Numbered from the stretch's first letter, positions 7,774 through 18,978 are shown. The stretch: DNA of 64,000 nt from Hyphobacterium sp. (GCF_965228115.1 NZ_OZ245794.1:2335926-2399925); one strand, 5' to 3'. Numbers and translations are program-made. Notes: a model not told the origin generated them from the sequence alone.

Positions 7774-9147
7774 TCAGGCGGCGCGGGTGTCGGCTGCCTG
7801 ATCGTCAATTGCTTCAGAGAGCCGCGTCAGTGGCAAAACCGCGGTAAAGGTTGAGCCCTGTCCGGGCGCGCTGACCGCTCGTAAATCTCCGCCCATCAGA
7901 TCGCAGAGATGACGGCTGATCGACAGGCCCAGCCCCGTCCCGCCATATTGCCGCGTGGTGGACGCATCCGCCTGGGTGAAGGGTTCGAACAGCTTGTGCA
8001 GCTTGTCTGCCTGAATACCAACACCGGTGTCTGAAACATCAAATGCGATCCGTCCGTCTTCATCTCGAACTGTGAGTGTAACCGTTCCGGCCGCTGTAAA
8101 CTTCACCGCGTTGGAGATCAGATTGTTCAGGACCTGACCGATCCGCATCGGGTCGCCCTCAAAGTCAAGCGTGAGGCCGTCTTCGATCTCCGCGCTCAAA
8201 TGCAGGCCCTTCCTGGCGGCATTGGGTTGATGCAACTCAGTAACCTGTTCGACCACATCGCGCAGGTCAAAGGCAATGGATTCCAGCTCCAGCATCCCAG
8301 CCTCGATTTTCGACATGTCGAGTATCTCGTTGAGCAAGCGCATCAGCATCTCGCCGGATTCGTGAATGATCTCGACCTGCTGGCGTTGCGGGCCGGTCAA
8401 CTCGGACATTTGCAGCAAGGAGGTCATGCCCAGCACGCCATTCATCGGCGTACGGATTTCATGGCTCATCGTGGCCAGGAATTGCGATTTCGCTTCATTG
8501 CCGGCATTGGCGGCCTTGCGGGCCGCATCCAGCCTTTTATTCACTGCTTCCATTTCCGCCTGAAACACGGCGGCAAAAGCGGCGATGGCAATGATCAAGA
8601 AGGAGAGCGTGATCGTATTCCAACGCGCTGCCTCTGCTGCATCAAATCCGGCGGGCAGGGTGGGCAAAACATCGCGGAAGGCAAACAGGCTGACGATGGA
8701 AACTATCGTGACAGCGGCGGTAACGATCCCCGCCCGGTAGCCGATCAGGAATGTCGCCAGCACCGGCAAGCCTGCCATGTAGAGCATCACCGGATTGGCC
8801 GCTCCACCAAGCGAAAGGGCCGGGACCAGAATCAGCACATAAATGAGGGCGATCACACCGGCGGAAATGGTATTGAGCCGCCCGGTCGAATGAAGAAGAA
8901 AAGGCGCAGCGACACACAGCGCCGGACCGATCAATCCCACCCAGGTCTGCAGCGGGAAGTCATTGATCATGTCCTGAAAGGAAATCAAGGCCGAAGCGGT
9001 GCCCAACAGACCCGTCGTCATCGCCAGTGCAACCAGCAAGCGCTTCCGTGCGACAAATAAAACGTCGTCCTCATGGCCACGCGGCCAGAAAATTTCATAT
9101 AGGTTCGACAGGCGCATGCGGCATGATCCGGCTTGATTCGAAGACAT
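7774..9147 (-). CDS. Membrane-bound sensor histidine kinase with no adjacent response regulator
   Basis: Multi-TM N-terminal half, HisKA H-box ATMSHEIRTPMNGVLGM, and HATPase_c G-boxes (DTGVGI, GGTGLGLSISRHL). The start codon is uncertain. Confidence 0.85.
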   Translation of the reverse strand: MSSNQAGSCRMRLSNLYEIFWPRGHEDDVLFVARKRLLVALAMTTGLLGTASALISFQDMINDFPLQTWVGLIGPALCVAAPFLLHSTGRLNTISAGVIALIYVLILVPALSLGGAANPVMLYMAGLPVLATFLIGYRAGIVTAAVTIVSIVSLFAFRDVLPTLPAGFDAAEAARWNTITLSFLIIAIAAFAAVFQAEMEAVNKRLDAARKAANAGNEAKSQFLATMSHEIRTPMNGVLGMTSLLQMSELTGPQRQQVEIIHESGEMLMRLLNEILDMSKIEAGMLELESIAFDLRDVVEQVTELHQPNAARKGLHLSAEIEDGLTLDFEGDPMRIGQVLNNLISNAVKFTAAGTVTLTVRDEDGRIAFDVSDTGVGIQADKLHKLFEPFTQADASTTRQYGGTGLGLSISRHLCDLMGGDLRAVSAPGQGSTFTAVLPLTRLSEAIDDQAADTRAA

Positions 9148-9186
9148 CAGCGTATGAGTTTGTCTGCTACGAGGGAGTTAACCGGG

Positions 9187-9645
9187 ATGATGGAGCACAG
9201 CCCGACCTGCGGTGCCTGGGGCGAGGACAAGGTCCATCGCCTGCCCGTCCGCGTCTATTACGAAGACACGGACTTTTCCGGCATCGTCTATCACGCCCGC
9301 TATCTGCATTTTTTCGAGCGTGGCCGCACGGAAAGCCTGCGGGCTCTGGGCGTGCATCATTCCGAACTTATCGAAAGCGAAGACCCGGTGGCGTTCGCTG
9401 TGAGACATATGGACATTCACTGGCTGCGCCCTGCCAGAGTGGATGAGAGCTTGATCGTTCAGACCATCTATCGGCCCCACAAAGGTCCACGGCTGAACAT
9501 GGAACAATCCATTCATCGCGGTGAAGAAACCCTGTGCAAGGCGACGGTCGAGGCCGTCATCATCGACCCGGCCGGCCGGCCGCGCCGCCCGCCGAAATGG
9601 ATGATCGACGTCTGGACGCCCGTGCTGCAGCCGGCATCTGAATAG
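9187..9645 (+). CDS. ybgC: Tol-Pal-associated acyl-CoA thioesterase YbgC (4HBT hot-dog fold)
   Basis: VRVYYEDTDFSGIVYHARYLHFFERGRTE, and the gene sits at the head of the tol-pal cluster. ATG 9187 was chosen for its GAGGGAG SD. Confidence 0.85.
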   Translation: MMEHSPTCGAWGEDKVHRLPVRVYYEDTDFSGIVYHARYLHFFERGRTESLRALGVHHSELIESEDPVAFAVRHMDIHWLRPARVDESLIVQTIYRPHKGPRLNMEQSIHRGEETLCKATVEAVIIDPAGRPRRPPKWMIDVWTPVLQPASE

Positions 9646-9804
9646 CAGCAAGCCCCAAAATCTGCCTCATTCTGACGGTTATTTAACGCGCGTCTCGCGT
9701 GCATTGGCTTGACGCAGCCGTGCCACTTCGATTGGAAGCATCCGATTAACGCTTATCGGCGAGAACGGGCGGCACTGCCCGCCCCCGACGGAAAGGACCC
9801 GAGT

Positions 9805-10473
9805 ATGGAAACCGGCATGATCGATGTGGCCCCAGTGGTTCAGGAATTCAGTTTCGTTGATTTATTCCTGCTCGCCGATTGGGTCGTGAAAAGCGTGATG
9901 ATTGTGCTGGTTCTGATGTCCATCTGGTCCTGGGCCATCGCGGTCGACAAATGGCTCAGCTTCCGGTCGGCACGGTCCAAGGGCAAGCATTTCGAAGAGG
10001 CCTTCTGGTCTGGCCGCGATCTGGACTCGCTTGCTAATGAATATGGCAAGCGTCCGCGTGACGCATTCAGCCGCGTATTTGCGGCGGGCTTGCGCGAATG
10101 GAAAGGCCGAAATGCGGGCGACCGCGTAGCCAAAGCCGCCAGCGCCGAATCCGCGCGGGAGCTGTCCAAGATGGAAGGCGGGCTTGGAATGCTGGCCACG
10201 ATTGGCTCCTCGGCACCCTTTATCGGCCTGTTCGGCACGGTCTGGGGAATCATGAATGCCTTCCGCGCCATTGCCGCCCAGCAGGACACCAGCCTGGCCG
10301 TTGTCGCACCGGGTATCGCCGAAGCGCTGTTCGCGACCGCGCTGGGGCTGCTCGCCGCCATCCCGGCTGTGATGTTCTTCAACGCACTAACCGCCAACCT
10401 GTCAGGTTATGCCGCAAAGCTGGAAGCTTTCGTGGACGAATTGTCCGCCCTCGCTGACCGGGAAGAGGGGTAG
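9805..10473 (+). CDS. tolQ: Tol-Pal system protein TolQ (MotA/TolQ/ExbB channel)
   Basis: GSSAPFIGLFGTVWGIMNAF motif. The track ORF begins at an upstream TTG; the ATG at 9805 (METGMIDV..) gives the normal length. Confidence 0.9.
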   Translation: METGMIDVAPVVQEFSFVDLFLLADWVVKSVMIVLVLMSIWSWAIAVDKWLSFRSARSKGKHFEEAFWSGRDLDSLANEYGKRPRDAFSRVFAAGLREWKGRNAGDRVAKAASAESARELSKMEGGLGMLATIGSSAPFIGLFGTVWGIMNAFRAIAAQQDTSLAVVAPGIAEALFATALGLLAAIPAVMFFNALTANLSGYAAKLEAFVDELSALADREEG

Positions 10474-10476
10474 GAT

Positions 10477-10902
10477 ATGGCCGGGTCCGTCGCCAATAAA
10501 GGAACGCGCGGCCGCTGGAAGCCGCAAGCCGAAATCAATGTTACCCCCTTTGTGGATGTGATGCTGGTTCTGCTCATCGTTTTCATGATCACCGCGCCGC
10601 TGCTGACAGTGGGTGTGGAAGTCGAGTTACCGGAAACAGAGGCCAGCTCATTGCCCGCAGACGAGGAACCGCTGACGATTACGGTGGGCCTGAATGGCGA
10701 GATTTTCCTGCAGGAAACGGAAATCGAGATCGAGCAATTGATTCCGCGGCTCGAGGCGATCGCCGGTGCTGGCTATGAGGGCCGTATCTTTATCCGCGCC
10801 GATGAAAACGCGAATTACGGAACCGTTGCGCGGGTGATGGCGCGGGTGTCCAACGCCGGTTACACAAATCTTGGCCTCGTACATCAGCCGCTGAACGACT
10901 AG
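10477..10902 (+). CDS. tolR: Tol-Pal system protein TolR (ExbD/TolR family)
   Basis: EINVTPFVDVMLVLLIVFMITAPL, plus synteny. Confidence 0.9.
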   Translation: MAGSVANKGTRGRWKPQAEINVTPFVDVMLVLLIVFMITAPLLTVGVEVELPETEASSLPADEEPLTITVGLNGEIFLQETEIEIEQLIPRLEAIAGAGYEGRIFIRADENANYGTVARVMARVSNAGYTNLGLVHQPLND

Positions 10903-10910
10903 CTGGCCGG

Positions 10911-11702
10911 ATGCGCGCGTTTCTCGTCTTTCTGGTTTCGCTTCTGGGCCACGCCGGGCTGGTTGTGGCCGGATTGCTGTATTTTCCCGAATCGACGCGC
11001 CAGTTTGCTACCAGCCAGATTGTGCCTCTTGAGCTGATTACCGAAATCCAGGAAATTACAAATCTTCCTGAGGAAGAGGTGGAAGAAGAGCCTGTTCTGG
11101 AGGAAGCTCCGCCCGAGCCGGAACCGGAAGAGACGCCGCCACCGCCCGATCCCGAACCCGAGGTCGAACTCGACGCTGAACCGGATGTTGCTCCTGTTGA
11201 CGAGGCAGAGCCCGAGGCGACACCTGCGCCCTCCGAAACGGCGCAGCCAGAGGAAGAAACCCCTCAACGCCCGGTTCGCTCTCGCCGGGAAGATTCTCTC
11301 GACTCCCTGCTGGCCGATCTTGCCAGCACGGTCGAGGAAGAACGGGGGTCTTCTTCCAGCCGCGATGACCGTCCAGCCCAGGCATCCTATGAAGCCCTTG
11401 GTATTACTCTGGCGGACTCCATCCGCTCACAAGCTCAGCGCTGCTATCGCAGCTCGGTAGATGCCCCCAATCCGGAACAGTTAATTGTGCTGGTGCGGGT
11501 CCGCCTCAACAGAGATGGTACGCTGGATGGCCAGCCTGATGTTTTGAATCGTGACACGATCGAAGGTTCGGGCAACCGATTCTGGCGTGTGGCGAGAGAC
11601 CGGTCGGTCGCCGCGATCATCGATTGTGCCCCTTATCGCCTGCCTGCCGAATACTTTTCAATTTGGCGCCGCATAGATGTCACGTTTCGAAGTGATAACT
11701 GA
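10911..11702 (+). CDS. tolA: TolA-like cell-envelope integrity protein
   Basis: N-terminal TM helix, a long Glu/Pro-rich linker, a small C-terminal domain, and a position between tolR and tolB. Confidence 0.75.
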   Translation: MRAFLVFLVSLLGHAGLVVAGLLYFPESTRQFATSQIVPLELITEIQEITNLPEEEVEEEPVLEEAPPEPEPEETPPPPDPEPEVELDAEPDVAPVDEAEPEATPAPSETAQPEEETPQRPVRSRREDSLDSLLADLASTVEEERGSSSSRDDRPAQASYEALGITLADSIRSQAQRCYRSSVDAPNPEQLIVLVRVRLNRDGTLDGQPDVLNRDTIEGSGNRFWRVARDRSVAAIIDCAPYRLPAEYFSIWRRIDVTFRSDN

Positions 11703-11741
11703 TTTGAACCCATCCGGAATTCCTGGAGTATACTTGTTTTC

Positions 11742-13091
11742 ATGACCCAGCCGATCCGACTTTTCGCCGCCCTGATCCTGTTCGTCCTGCCGTCCGCCGC
11801 CTGGGCACAGGAGCCCTTGCAGGTGGACATATCCCGTGGCCATCTGGACCCGACGCCCATTGCCATACCGGACTTCATTGAAACGGTGGGTGGCACGCGG
11901 GGGGCAGATATCGCGGCTGTCGTCGCAGCGGATCTGGAAAGCTCCGGCCTGTTTTCGACTGTCGATGAACGCGCCTTTATTGAAGACATTTCCGATTTCA
12001 ATCTGAGACCGCGCTTTCAGGACTGGCGGGTGATCAATGTCGACGCGCTGTTGATCGGGCAGGTTACCCGTCAATCGGATGGCCGTCTTCTGGTCGGATT
12101 CCGCTTGTGGGACACACGCCTGCAAGAACAAATGGTCGGATTGCAATTTGTCAGCGCGCCGGAAAACTGGCGGCGTGTTGCCCATCGGGTTGCGGATGCG
12201 GTGTATGAGCGTCTGACCGGTGAAAGCGGATATTTCGACACCCGCGTCATCTATGTGTCTGAAGGCACGGGCCCGCGCGGAGAACCCATGCGCCGCCTCG
12301 CGGTCATGGATCAGGACGGGGCCAACCCGTCCTTTCTGACCGACCGGTCCTACTGGTCGCTCCTGCCCAACTATTCCCCCAGCGCACAGCAGATCACCTA
12401 TGTCTCCTTCCTCGACGGTCAGGCCACAACTTATGTCTACGATCTGGAGAGTGGACGCCAGGAAGCGCTATTTGCCTCCGGTGGAGCCGGTCTGGCGCGG
12501 ATCGATCCGGATGGTCAGTCCCTTTCGGCGCGATTTTCGCCCGACGGGGATCAGCTGGCTGTCTCGATCGAATTGCAGGCCGGACATGACATTCACCTGT
12601 TTGATCTGCGCTCGCGCAGCCTGCGCCGCTTGACCGAACATCCCGCCGACGATGTCGAACCCAGCTTCTCACCGGACGGCAACCGGATCGTGTTTTCGTC
12701 CGGCCGCAGCGGCGGGTCGCAGCTTTATGTGATGGACGCCAATGGGGGCAATGTGCAGCGGATTTCCTTCGGAGAGGGACGCTATACTGCGCCGGTCTGG
12801 TCTCCGCGCGGCGATTTGATTGCATTTGTCAAACAGCATCAGGGGCAGTTCTCGCTCGGCGTCGTCGATGCGGACGGGTCGGGGGAAGAACGAATTCTGT
12901 ATCAGGGCTATTATGTTGACACGCCCGCCTGGTCGCCAAATGGCCGGGTCATTCTGTTCACACGGGGCGATCGCGGACGCGATGGCACCCAGTATGAAAT
13001 CTGGAGTATTGACCTGGCCGGGTTCAATCTTCGGCGTATGCCAATCACGGGTCAGTCCTCCGATCCGGCATGGTCGCCCTTGATTGAATAG
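11742..13091 (+). CDS. tolB: Tol-Pal system beta-propeller protein TolB
   Basis: Signal peptide, repeated ..P.(F/W)SPDG.. propeller blades, and synteny. Confidence 0.95.
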   Translation: MTQPIRLFAALILFVLPSAAWAQEPLQVDISRGHLDPTPIAIPDFIETVGGTRGADIAAVVAADLESSGLFSTVDERAFIEDISDFNLRPRFQDWRVINVDALLIGQVTRQSDGRLLVGFRLWDTRLQEQMVGLQFVSAPENWRRVAHRVADAVYERLTGESGYFDTRVIYVSEGTGPRGEPMRRLAVMDQDGANPSFLTDRSYWSLLPNYSPSAQQITYVSFLDGQATTYVYDLESGRQEALFASGGAGLARIDPDGQSLSARFSPDGDQLAVSIELQAGHDIHLFDLRSRSLRRLTEHPADDVEPSFSPDGNRIVFSSGRSGGSQLYVMDANGGNVQRISFGEGRYTAPVWSPRGDLIAFVKQHQGQFSLGVVDADGSGEERILYQGYYVDTPAWSPNGRVILFTRGDRGRDGTQYEIWSIDLAGFNLRRMPITGQSSDPAWSPLIE

Positions 13092-13236
13092 GGGTTTCAG
13101 GACTAGCGTGTGAGACTTGTGGGATGCTTTTGCGCTTTAAAACGTGCCCAGCAGTCACGAAAGCGGCGTAATTGTGTGTACTTAGGTGGAGGTTCCGGGG
13201 GCTGGATAGACCCGGGGAAGAAGGGATAGCACACCA

Positions 13237-13761
13237 ATGAAACTCAGAATTCTTGTGATGGCCGGCCTGTCTGCCGTTTTGGCAGCCTGCGCCTCAACGC
13301 CGCCGGAAACGACAACGACACAGACGCCGAACGAGCCGCCGCGCACGACGCGGACAACGCCGCCGCCGGTCGTGGATCAAGGTCCCGTGCCCGGCACGGA
13401 AGCTCATTTTGTGGCGACCGCTGGCGACCGGGTTTTCTACGATCTTGACCGGTCGACACTGACCGCGGCGGGCCGCGAGACGCTGCGCCGCCAGGCGGAT
13501 TGGCTGAACGCCTATCCGGGCGTCCGCATTCTTATCGCCGGTAATTGCGATGAACGCGGCACGCGGGAGTACAATCTCGCACTGGGCGCACGGCGCGCGA
13601 ATGCGGCACGCGATTATCTGGTCAGCCTCGGAGTCTCGCCTTCGCGGATCGACACCGTGTCCTATGGCCGCGAGCGTCCGACCTGCCGCGAGTCGAATGA
13701 GCGTTGCTGGTCTTTGAACCGCAATGCGACGACTATGATAACCGGCGGCGCGACGGGTTAG
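13237..13761 (+). CDS. pal: Peptidoglycan-associated lipoprotein Pal (OmpA-like)
   Basis: Lipobox LAAC and the OmpA-C motif GNCDERGTREYNLALGARRANAARDYL. Confidence 0.95.
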   Translation: MKLRILVMAGLSAVLAACASTPPETTTTQTPNEPPRTTRTTPPPVVDQGPVPGTEAHFVATAGDRVFYDLDRSTLTAAGRETLRRQADWLNAYPGVRILIAGNCDERGTREYNLALGARRANAARDYLVSLGVSPSRIDTVSYGRERPTCRESNERCWSLNRNATTMITGGATG

Positions 13762-13782
13762 TTCCGGCCGCAGGTTCTGGAA

Positions 13783-13819
13783 AACGCCCGTAGCAAGCTG
13801 GCTGCGGGCGTTTTTCTTT
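13783..13819 (+). terminator. Rho-independent terminator after pal
   Basis: The stem acgcccgtagc / gctgcgggcgt (one G-U pair) is followed by tttttcttt. Confidence 0.7.
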
Positions 13820-13899
13820 GTTAATCGCCGCGCCGTATTTTTGCCGCCTCGACACGCTAGGCCCGCTGGATAACTGGCCGAAAAGGGATAATCCGACCC

Positions 13900-14820
13900 A
13901 TGATCCGCTATCTTGTGCCCCTCATTCTTGTTGTTGCCTTCGCCATGCCCGCCGATGCGCAGTCGCGCCGTGAACTCGGCCGCAGGCTGGATGCTGTTGA
14001 AGCGCGCCTGGCGGAAATGGAAGCGCAGCGCATCGCCCAGACCGATCAATTTTTGCAGCGGATCGCTGATCTTGAATTCCAGCTTCAGGAATCGACGGGG
14101 CGAGTTGAACGCCTTGAATTTTCCAACCGGCAACTGACCGAAGAGGTCTCGGAAAACGAGGACGAAATTGACCGTCTGCGCCGGGAGCTGGCCGATTTGC
14201 GCCGCCGCAGCGCAATGCCGGACATGGAGGCATCCGGCCTGGATAGCGCCTCGCCTGGCATGACCGGCGCGTCGGGAGAGCCGGGCACCGGCAGTGGCGA
14301 TGCCGGCCCGCGTAATCTCACCGGTCGCGAATTCGCAGTGACCGATGCCGATGATCCCTTCGCCGAGGAACGCGCCAATGCGACCCGTCCGCTCGGGGCC
14401 GCCACGGCCTCCGCTTCAGATCGCGCCCCGGTGATGAGCGCCAATCAGGCCTATGGCCAGGCGCGCGCCAAATTGCTCGATGGCGATTTCGCCGGCGCAC
14501 AGGAAGATTTTGCCAATTTCATTTCCGACTATCCGGAAGACGGGTTGATAGACGAAGCCTGGTTCTGGCTGGGCGAGACGCATTTCGTGCAGGGCGAATA
14601 TTCCTCTGCCGCCGAAGCTTATATCGCCTCGCTTCGTGAGCAGCGCGACGGACCGGTTGCACCCGACGCGCTGGTGCGTCTGGCCTCCTCGCTCGGAGCG
14701 CTGGGCCGGAATGACGAGGCCTGCTCGACCCTTGCACGGTTTTCCCGCGAGTTTCCGTCTGCAGGGCCCAATGCCCGCGCCCGGGCAGAGCGGGAATCCT
14801 TGCGGGCAGGTTGCCGATAA
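13900..14820 (+). CDS. cpoB: Cell-division coordinator CpoB/YbgF (coiled coil plus TPR)
   Basis: Signal peptide, N-terminal coiled coil, C-terminal TPR-like YPEDGLIDEAWFWLGETHFVQGEY, and synteny after pal. Confidence 0.85.
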   Translation: MIRYLVPLILVVAFAMPADAQSRRELGRRLDAVEARLAEMEAQRIAQTDQFLQRIADLEFQLQESTGRVERLEFSNRQLTEEVSENEDEIDRLRRELADLRRRSAMPDMEASGLDSASPGMTGASGEPGTGSGDAGPRNLTGREFAVTDADDPFAEERANATRPLGAATASASDRAPVMSANQAYGQARAKLLDGDFAGAQEDFANFISDYPEDGLIDEAWFWLGETHFVQGEYSSAAEAYIASLREQRDGPVAPDALVRLASSLGALGRNDEACSTLARFSREFPSAGPNARARAERESLRAGCR

Positions 14821-16142
14821 CCGGCTCGGGTTTTCATCCGGAACTCATTCATCACCGCCTGAAGAATAGCGAGGGCGAAATCTTTCTGCTGGGTTTTTCT
14901 GGCGGAGGCGATTCGCTCGCTTTGCTGTGTTTATCTGCTGATTGGGCCCAAAAGTCCGGGTCCGCGGTCCGGCCCGTAATCATTGATCACGCCTTGCGGC
15001 CCGAAAGCGGCGAAGAGGCCCGATGGGCAGCCGCCCGCGCCAAAAATCTGGGACTTGAGCCGCTTATCGTAAAATGGACGGGCGGAAAACCATCAGCGGG
15101 CGTGCAGGCAGCAGCCCGGGATTTCCGTTTGAAGACCTTTGCCCGGCTGGCCCGCGAGCTTGGGGCCGCAACCGTCCTTCTGGGCCATACGCTGGAGGAT
15201 CAGGCCGAGACGGTTTGGCGGCGTATACTTTCCGGCGGCGGTTGGCATGCCCTCGCGGGAATGACGGAAACAGCGCCTCTGCCAGTTTGGCCAGAGGGAA
15301 GGGGATTGACCATCATCCGGCCCTTGCTGGGCTTGCGGCGAGCGGCGCTTCGCAGTTGGCTTGAAGCGAGAGGGGAAACATGGATCGACGACCCGACCAA
15401 TGAAAACACGGCTTTTGCCCGTGTGCGGGACCGGCTGACGCTATCCCGGCTGGAATCTGCCGGATTCGACCGCCGCCGGCTGTGCGCGCTGGCTGCGCAA
15501 CTTCAATCCCGTCAGACGACAATCGCCAAACAGGCTCTGCGCTGGATCGAAACAGGGTGTGCGTTTCATGGCTGGGGCGGCATTCGCATTGATTCCAGTA
15601 CCAGCCCGCCTGTAGAGGCGATGGACGCCATGCGATCTGCGGTCACAGGCTGGCCCGCCAGCGACAGGCCTGCCGCGCAACTCCTGTGTTCAGCCCTGCA
15701 AGCCCGGCAGGCGGCCACTGCGGGAGGTGCGGCCCTGACCTTTTTCAAGGGAATCGCCTGGCTGATCCGCGATCCGGGTGCGGTGTCAGGCCGTGCGGAT
15801 GGGACCGCCTCTCCCCCCGCACGGGTTCAAATCGGCACGCAAGCCGTCTGGGATGGCCGGTTTCTGGTTCACAATCTTTCACAAGATATCCGTCCGCTTG
15901 CTTTGTCCGGATCCGAAATTCCGGGTGCGGAATTAATGACCGGCATTCCGGCACTGGCCCGGCCTGGCTTGCCGACGGTATGGAAAGCGTCCCGTTTTGA
16001 AGGGGTTGCAGGTTTGACCGCGCAATCCGCTGAGGGTCACTGGCTGGCGAGGGAGTTGATTGTCCGCAATCTCTTCGGTGCCACCGGGCCCGGAGCGCTG
16101 CAGATCAAACTGCGCGGCGATTTGGCCCAAGGCTCGCATTAG
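14811..16142 (+). CDS. tilS: tRNA(Ile)-lysidine synthetase TilS
   Basis: PP-loop [14 protein letters not shown], and the conserved position before ftsH. The TTG start overlaps the cpoB stop; its exact position is uncertain. Confidence 0.85.
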   Translation: MPITGSGFHPELIHHRLKNSEGEIFLLGFSGGGDSLALLCLSADWAQKSGSAVRPVIIDHALRPESGEEARWAAARAKNLGLEPLIVKWTGGKPSAGVQAAARDFRLKTFARLARELGAATVLLGHTLEDQAETVWRRILSGGGWHALAGMTETAPLPVWPEGRGLTIIRPLLGLRRAALRSWLEARGETWIDDPTNENTAFARVRDRLTLSRLESAGFDRRRLCALAAQLQSRQTTIAKQALRWIETGCAFHGWGGIRIDSSTSPPVEAMDAMRSAVTGWPASDRPAAQLLCSALQARQAATAGGAALTFFKGIAWLIRDPGAVSGRADGTASPPARVQIGTQAVWDGRFLVHNLSQDIRPLALSGSEIPGAELMTGIPALARPGLPTVWKASRFEGVAGLTAQSAEGHWLARELIVRNLFGATGPGALQIKLRGDLAQGSH

Positions 16143-16197
16143 CTTGCAATATACCCCATATCAGGGGTTCAACCGCGTTCAAACGACGGAATCGAAG

Positions 16198-18135
16198 ATG
16201 AATATTCGCAATTTGATGATCTGGGCCATCATGATCCTCCTCCTGGTGGCGCTTTTTAACCTCCTGCAGCCTTCGCAGCCCGCGACCAGCGCGCGCGAGG
16301 TCAGTTATTCAAACTTCCTGCAACAGGTCGAAGCCGATCAGATCAACCGCGTAACCATTGATGGCAGCGTGATCGTCGGCGACCGTCAGGATGGCGGCGG
16401 AACCGTCCGGGCCAACTTCCCGGAAAACGATTCCGAGCTTTATGAAATCCTCCGGGCCAATGAAGTCGACGTCACCAATGCACCCGCAGAAAGCGGCTTT
16501 AACTTCTTCAGCATTCTGCTGGGCTGGTTCCCTTTCCTGCTGCTGATCGGTGTGTGGATTTATTTCATGCGTCAGATGCAGGGCGGTGGCCGTGGTGGCG
16601 CGATGGGCTTTGGTAAATCCAAGGCGCGCCTTCTGACCGAGAAACAGGGCCGTGTGACCTTTGACGATGTCGCCGGCATTGATGAAGCCAAGGAAGAGCT
16701 TCAGGAAATCGTGGAATTCCTGAAAGATCCGTCGAAGTTTCAGCGCCTGGGCGGCAAAATCCCCAAAGGTGCGCTGCTGATCGGCCCGCCGGGAACCGGT
16801 AAAACCCTGACCGCGCGTGCCGTGGCGGGTGAAGCCAATGTGCCCTTCTTCACCATCTCCGGTTCGGACTTTGTGGAAATGTTCGTTGGTGTGGGTGCAT
16901 CCCGCGTCCGTGACATGTTCGAACAGGCCAAGAAGAACGCACCGTGCATCATCTTCATTGATGAGATCGATGCAGTCGGTCGCTCGCGTGGCGCTGGTCT
17001 GGGCGGCGGGAATGACGAGCGCGAGCAGACACTCAACCAGCTACTGGTGGAAATGGACGGGTTTGAAGCCAATGAAGGCATTATCCTGATTGCCGCGACC
17101 AACCGTCCCGACGTGCTGGACCCGGCGCTGTTGCGTCCCGGGCGTTTCGACCGGCAAGTCGTGGTGCCCAATCCGGACATCATCGGCCGCGAGAAAATCC
17201 TTAAAGTGCACATGCGCAATGTGCCGATTGCCGACAATGTGGACGCTAAAGTCATCGCGCGCGGGACGCCGGGCTTTTCAGGTGCGGACCTCGCCAATCT
17301 TGTAAATGAAGCCGCCTTGCTGGCCGCCCGCCGTAACAAGCGCATGGTTTCCATGCAGGAGTTCGAGGACGCCAAAGACAAGGTAATGATGGGTCCGGAG
17401 CGCCGCTCCATGGTCATGTCAGACAAGGAAAAAGAGCTGACCGCCTATCACGAGTCCGGCCACGCCATTGTCGCGCTGAACGTGCCCGCGGCAGACCCCG
17501 TTCACAAGGCGACGATTATTCCGCGCGGACGGGCGCTGGGCATGGTCATGCAGCTGCCGGAAAACGACAAGCTGTCGATGACGCATGAGGAAATGACGTC
17601 CCGCCTCGCCATTATGATGGGGGGCCGCGTTGCCGAGGAAATGAAGTTCGGTAAGGAGAAAGTCACTTCAGGGGCCGCGTCTGACATTCAACAGGCGACA
17701 CGCCTGGCGCGCGCCATGGTCACACGCTGGGGCTTCTCTGAAGATCTCGGCCCTGTCGATTATGGCGATGATCAGGGCGAGGTGTTCCTGGGTCAGCAAT
17801 TGGTGCAATCCAAATCGGTCTCGGGTCAGACGGCTCGCAAGATCGAGGAAGAAGTGAAAACCCTGGTTCAGACCGGCATGGATGAGGCCCGCAAGATCCT
17901 CACCAAGCACAAGAAGGACTGGGAAGCCCTGTCCGAAGGTCTGCTGGAATATGAAACGCTCAGCGGTGCTGAAATCCTCGAATTGCTGAAAGGCAATCCG
18001 CCGGACCGCACGCCGCACGAACCGCCGCCCTCCGACGAACCGCCTTCGGGTGCCGTTCCCGTTACGGATGACGAAGACGAGGCGGATGACAAGGGCGCTG
18101 AACCCTCCGGAGGCCCAGCGCCTCAAGGGGCGTAA
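16198..18135 (+). CDS. ftsH: ATP-dependent zinc metalloprotease FtsH
   Basis: Walker A GPPGTGKT, Walker [13 protein letters not shown], and the zinc site HESGHA. The real start is ATG 16198 ([15 protein letters not shown]..), not the in-frame upstream extension. Confidence 0.97.
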   Translation: MNIRNLMIWAIMILLLVALFNLLQPSQPATSAREVSYSNFLQQVEADQINRVTIDGSVIVGDRQDGGGTVRANFPENDSELYEILRANEVDVTNAPAESGFNFFSILLGWFPFLLLIGVWIYFMRQMQGGGRGGAMGFGKSKARLLTEKQGRVTFDDVAGIDEAKEELQEIVEFLKDPSKFQRLGGKIPKGALLIGPPGTGKTLTARAVAGEANVPFFTISGSDFVEMFVGVGASRVRDMFEQAKKNAPCIIFIDEIDAVGRSRGAGLGGGNDEREQTLNQLLVEMDGFEANEGIILIAATNRPDVLDPALLRPGRFDRQVVVPNPDIIGREKILKVHMRNVPIADNVDAKVIARGTPGFSGADLANLVNEAALLAARRNKRMVSMQEFEDAKDKVMMGPERRSMVMSDKEKELTAYHESGHAIVALNVPAADPVHKATIIPRGRALGMVMQLPENDKLSMTHEEMTSRLAIMMGGRVAEEMKFGKEKVTSGAASDIQQATRLARAMVTRWGFSEDLGPVDYGDDQGEVFLGQQLVQSKSVSGQTARKIEEEVKTLVQTGMDEARKILTKHKKDWEALSEGLLEYETLSGAEILELLKGNPPDRTPHEPPPSDEPPSGAVPVTDDEDEADDKGAEPSGGPAPQGA

Positions 18136-18147
18136 GTCCTGAGCCCT

Positions 18148-18978
18148 TTGTCTGACCTGACCGAGGCCAGCCGCCAACGCGGTTGGCCTTGTGTCATGGG
18201 CATCGTCAACGTGACGCCCGACAGCTTCTCTGATGGCGGGCGGTTCAACGAGACGGATGCCGCGATTGATCACGCGCTGAAGCTGGCGCGCGAAGGTGCC
18301 GACATTCTGGATATTGGCGGCGAGTCGACACGCCCCGGGGCCAACCGGGTAGAAGAAGCGGACGAGCTGGCGCGCGTCATTCCCGTCATCAAGGGCGTGC
18401 GACGTCATACCGATGCCGCCATCTCCATTGATACAATGAAGCCGGTTGTCGCCGCCGCCGCCATCGAAGCCGGCGCGAGCATATGGAATGATGTAAATGC
18501 GCTGCGCGCGCCCGGTGCCAAGGCGCTAGCCGCTGAGCTGGGCTGTGGCGTGATCCTGATGCACATGCAGGGCGAGCCGCGAACCATGCAGCAAAACCCG
18601 CAATATCAGGACGTCGTGGCAGAGGTTGGAACCTGGCTTTCGCGCCGGGCGGAAGCGGTCATTCAGGCTGGTGTGGATCGCTCAAATATCTGGCTGGATC
18701 CAGGCATCGGGTTTGGAAAAATGCTGCAACACAATTTGCAATTATTGCGCAGCATAAAGGGCCTCACAAAGCTTGGATTTCCCTTGCTGGTCGGAGCTTC
18801 CCGCAAACGATTCATCGAGATGATTGATGCGGGCTCACAGGCGGGCGACCGTCTGGGCGGGTCGCTTTTTGCTGCGCTTTATGCTGCGCAGCAAAGCGCA
18901 GCATGCTTACGTGTTCATGATGTCCGAGAAACGGTTCAAGCGTTAAAAGTGATGGCGGCGGTTAACGCGGCAGGGTGA
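18148..18978 (+). CDS. folP: Dihydropteroate synthase
   Basis: MGIVNVTPDSFSDGG and DIGGESTRPG motifs. The TTG start at 18148 gives an N-terminal lead of the usual length; ATG 18196 is an alternative. Confidence 0.93.
   Translation: MSDLTEASRQRGWPCVMGIVNVTPDSFSDGGRFNETDAAIDHALKLAREGADILDIGGESTRPGANRVEEADELARVIPVIKGVRRHTDAAISIDTMKPVVAAAAIEAGASIWNDVNALRAPGAKALAAELGCGVILMHMQGEPRTMQQNPQYQDVVAEVGTWLSRRAEAVIQAGVDRSNIWLDPGIGFGKMLQHNLQLLRSIKGLTKLGFPLLVGASRKRFIEMIDAGSQAGDRLGGSLFAALYAAQQSAACLRVHDVRETVQALKVMAAVNAAG

Noticed and set aside
16060-16197. Upstream in-frame extensions offered by the ORF track for ftsH, and likewise for tolQ 9709, purA 32666, thiD 27145, cysS 58780, ruvA 5286, yidD 60680, the pagL-like gene 31362 and the Trx-like gene 53974.
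   Set aside because: The extensions overlap the preceding gene or lack an SD. The canonical family N-termini begin at internal ATGs that have good SDs.
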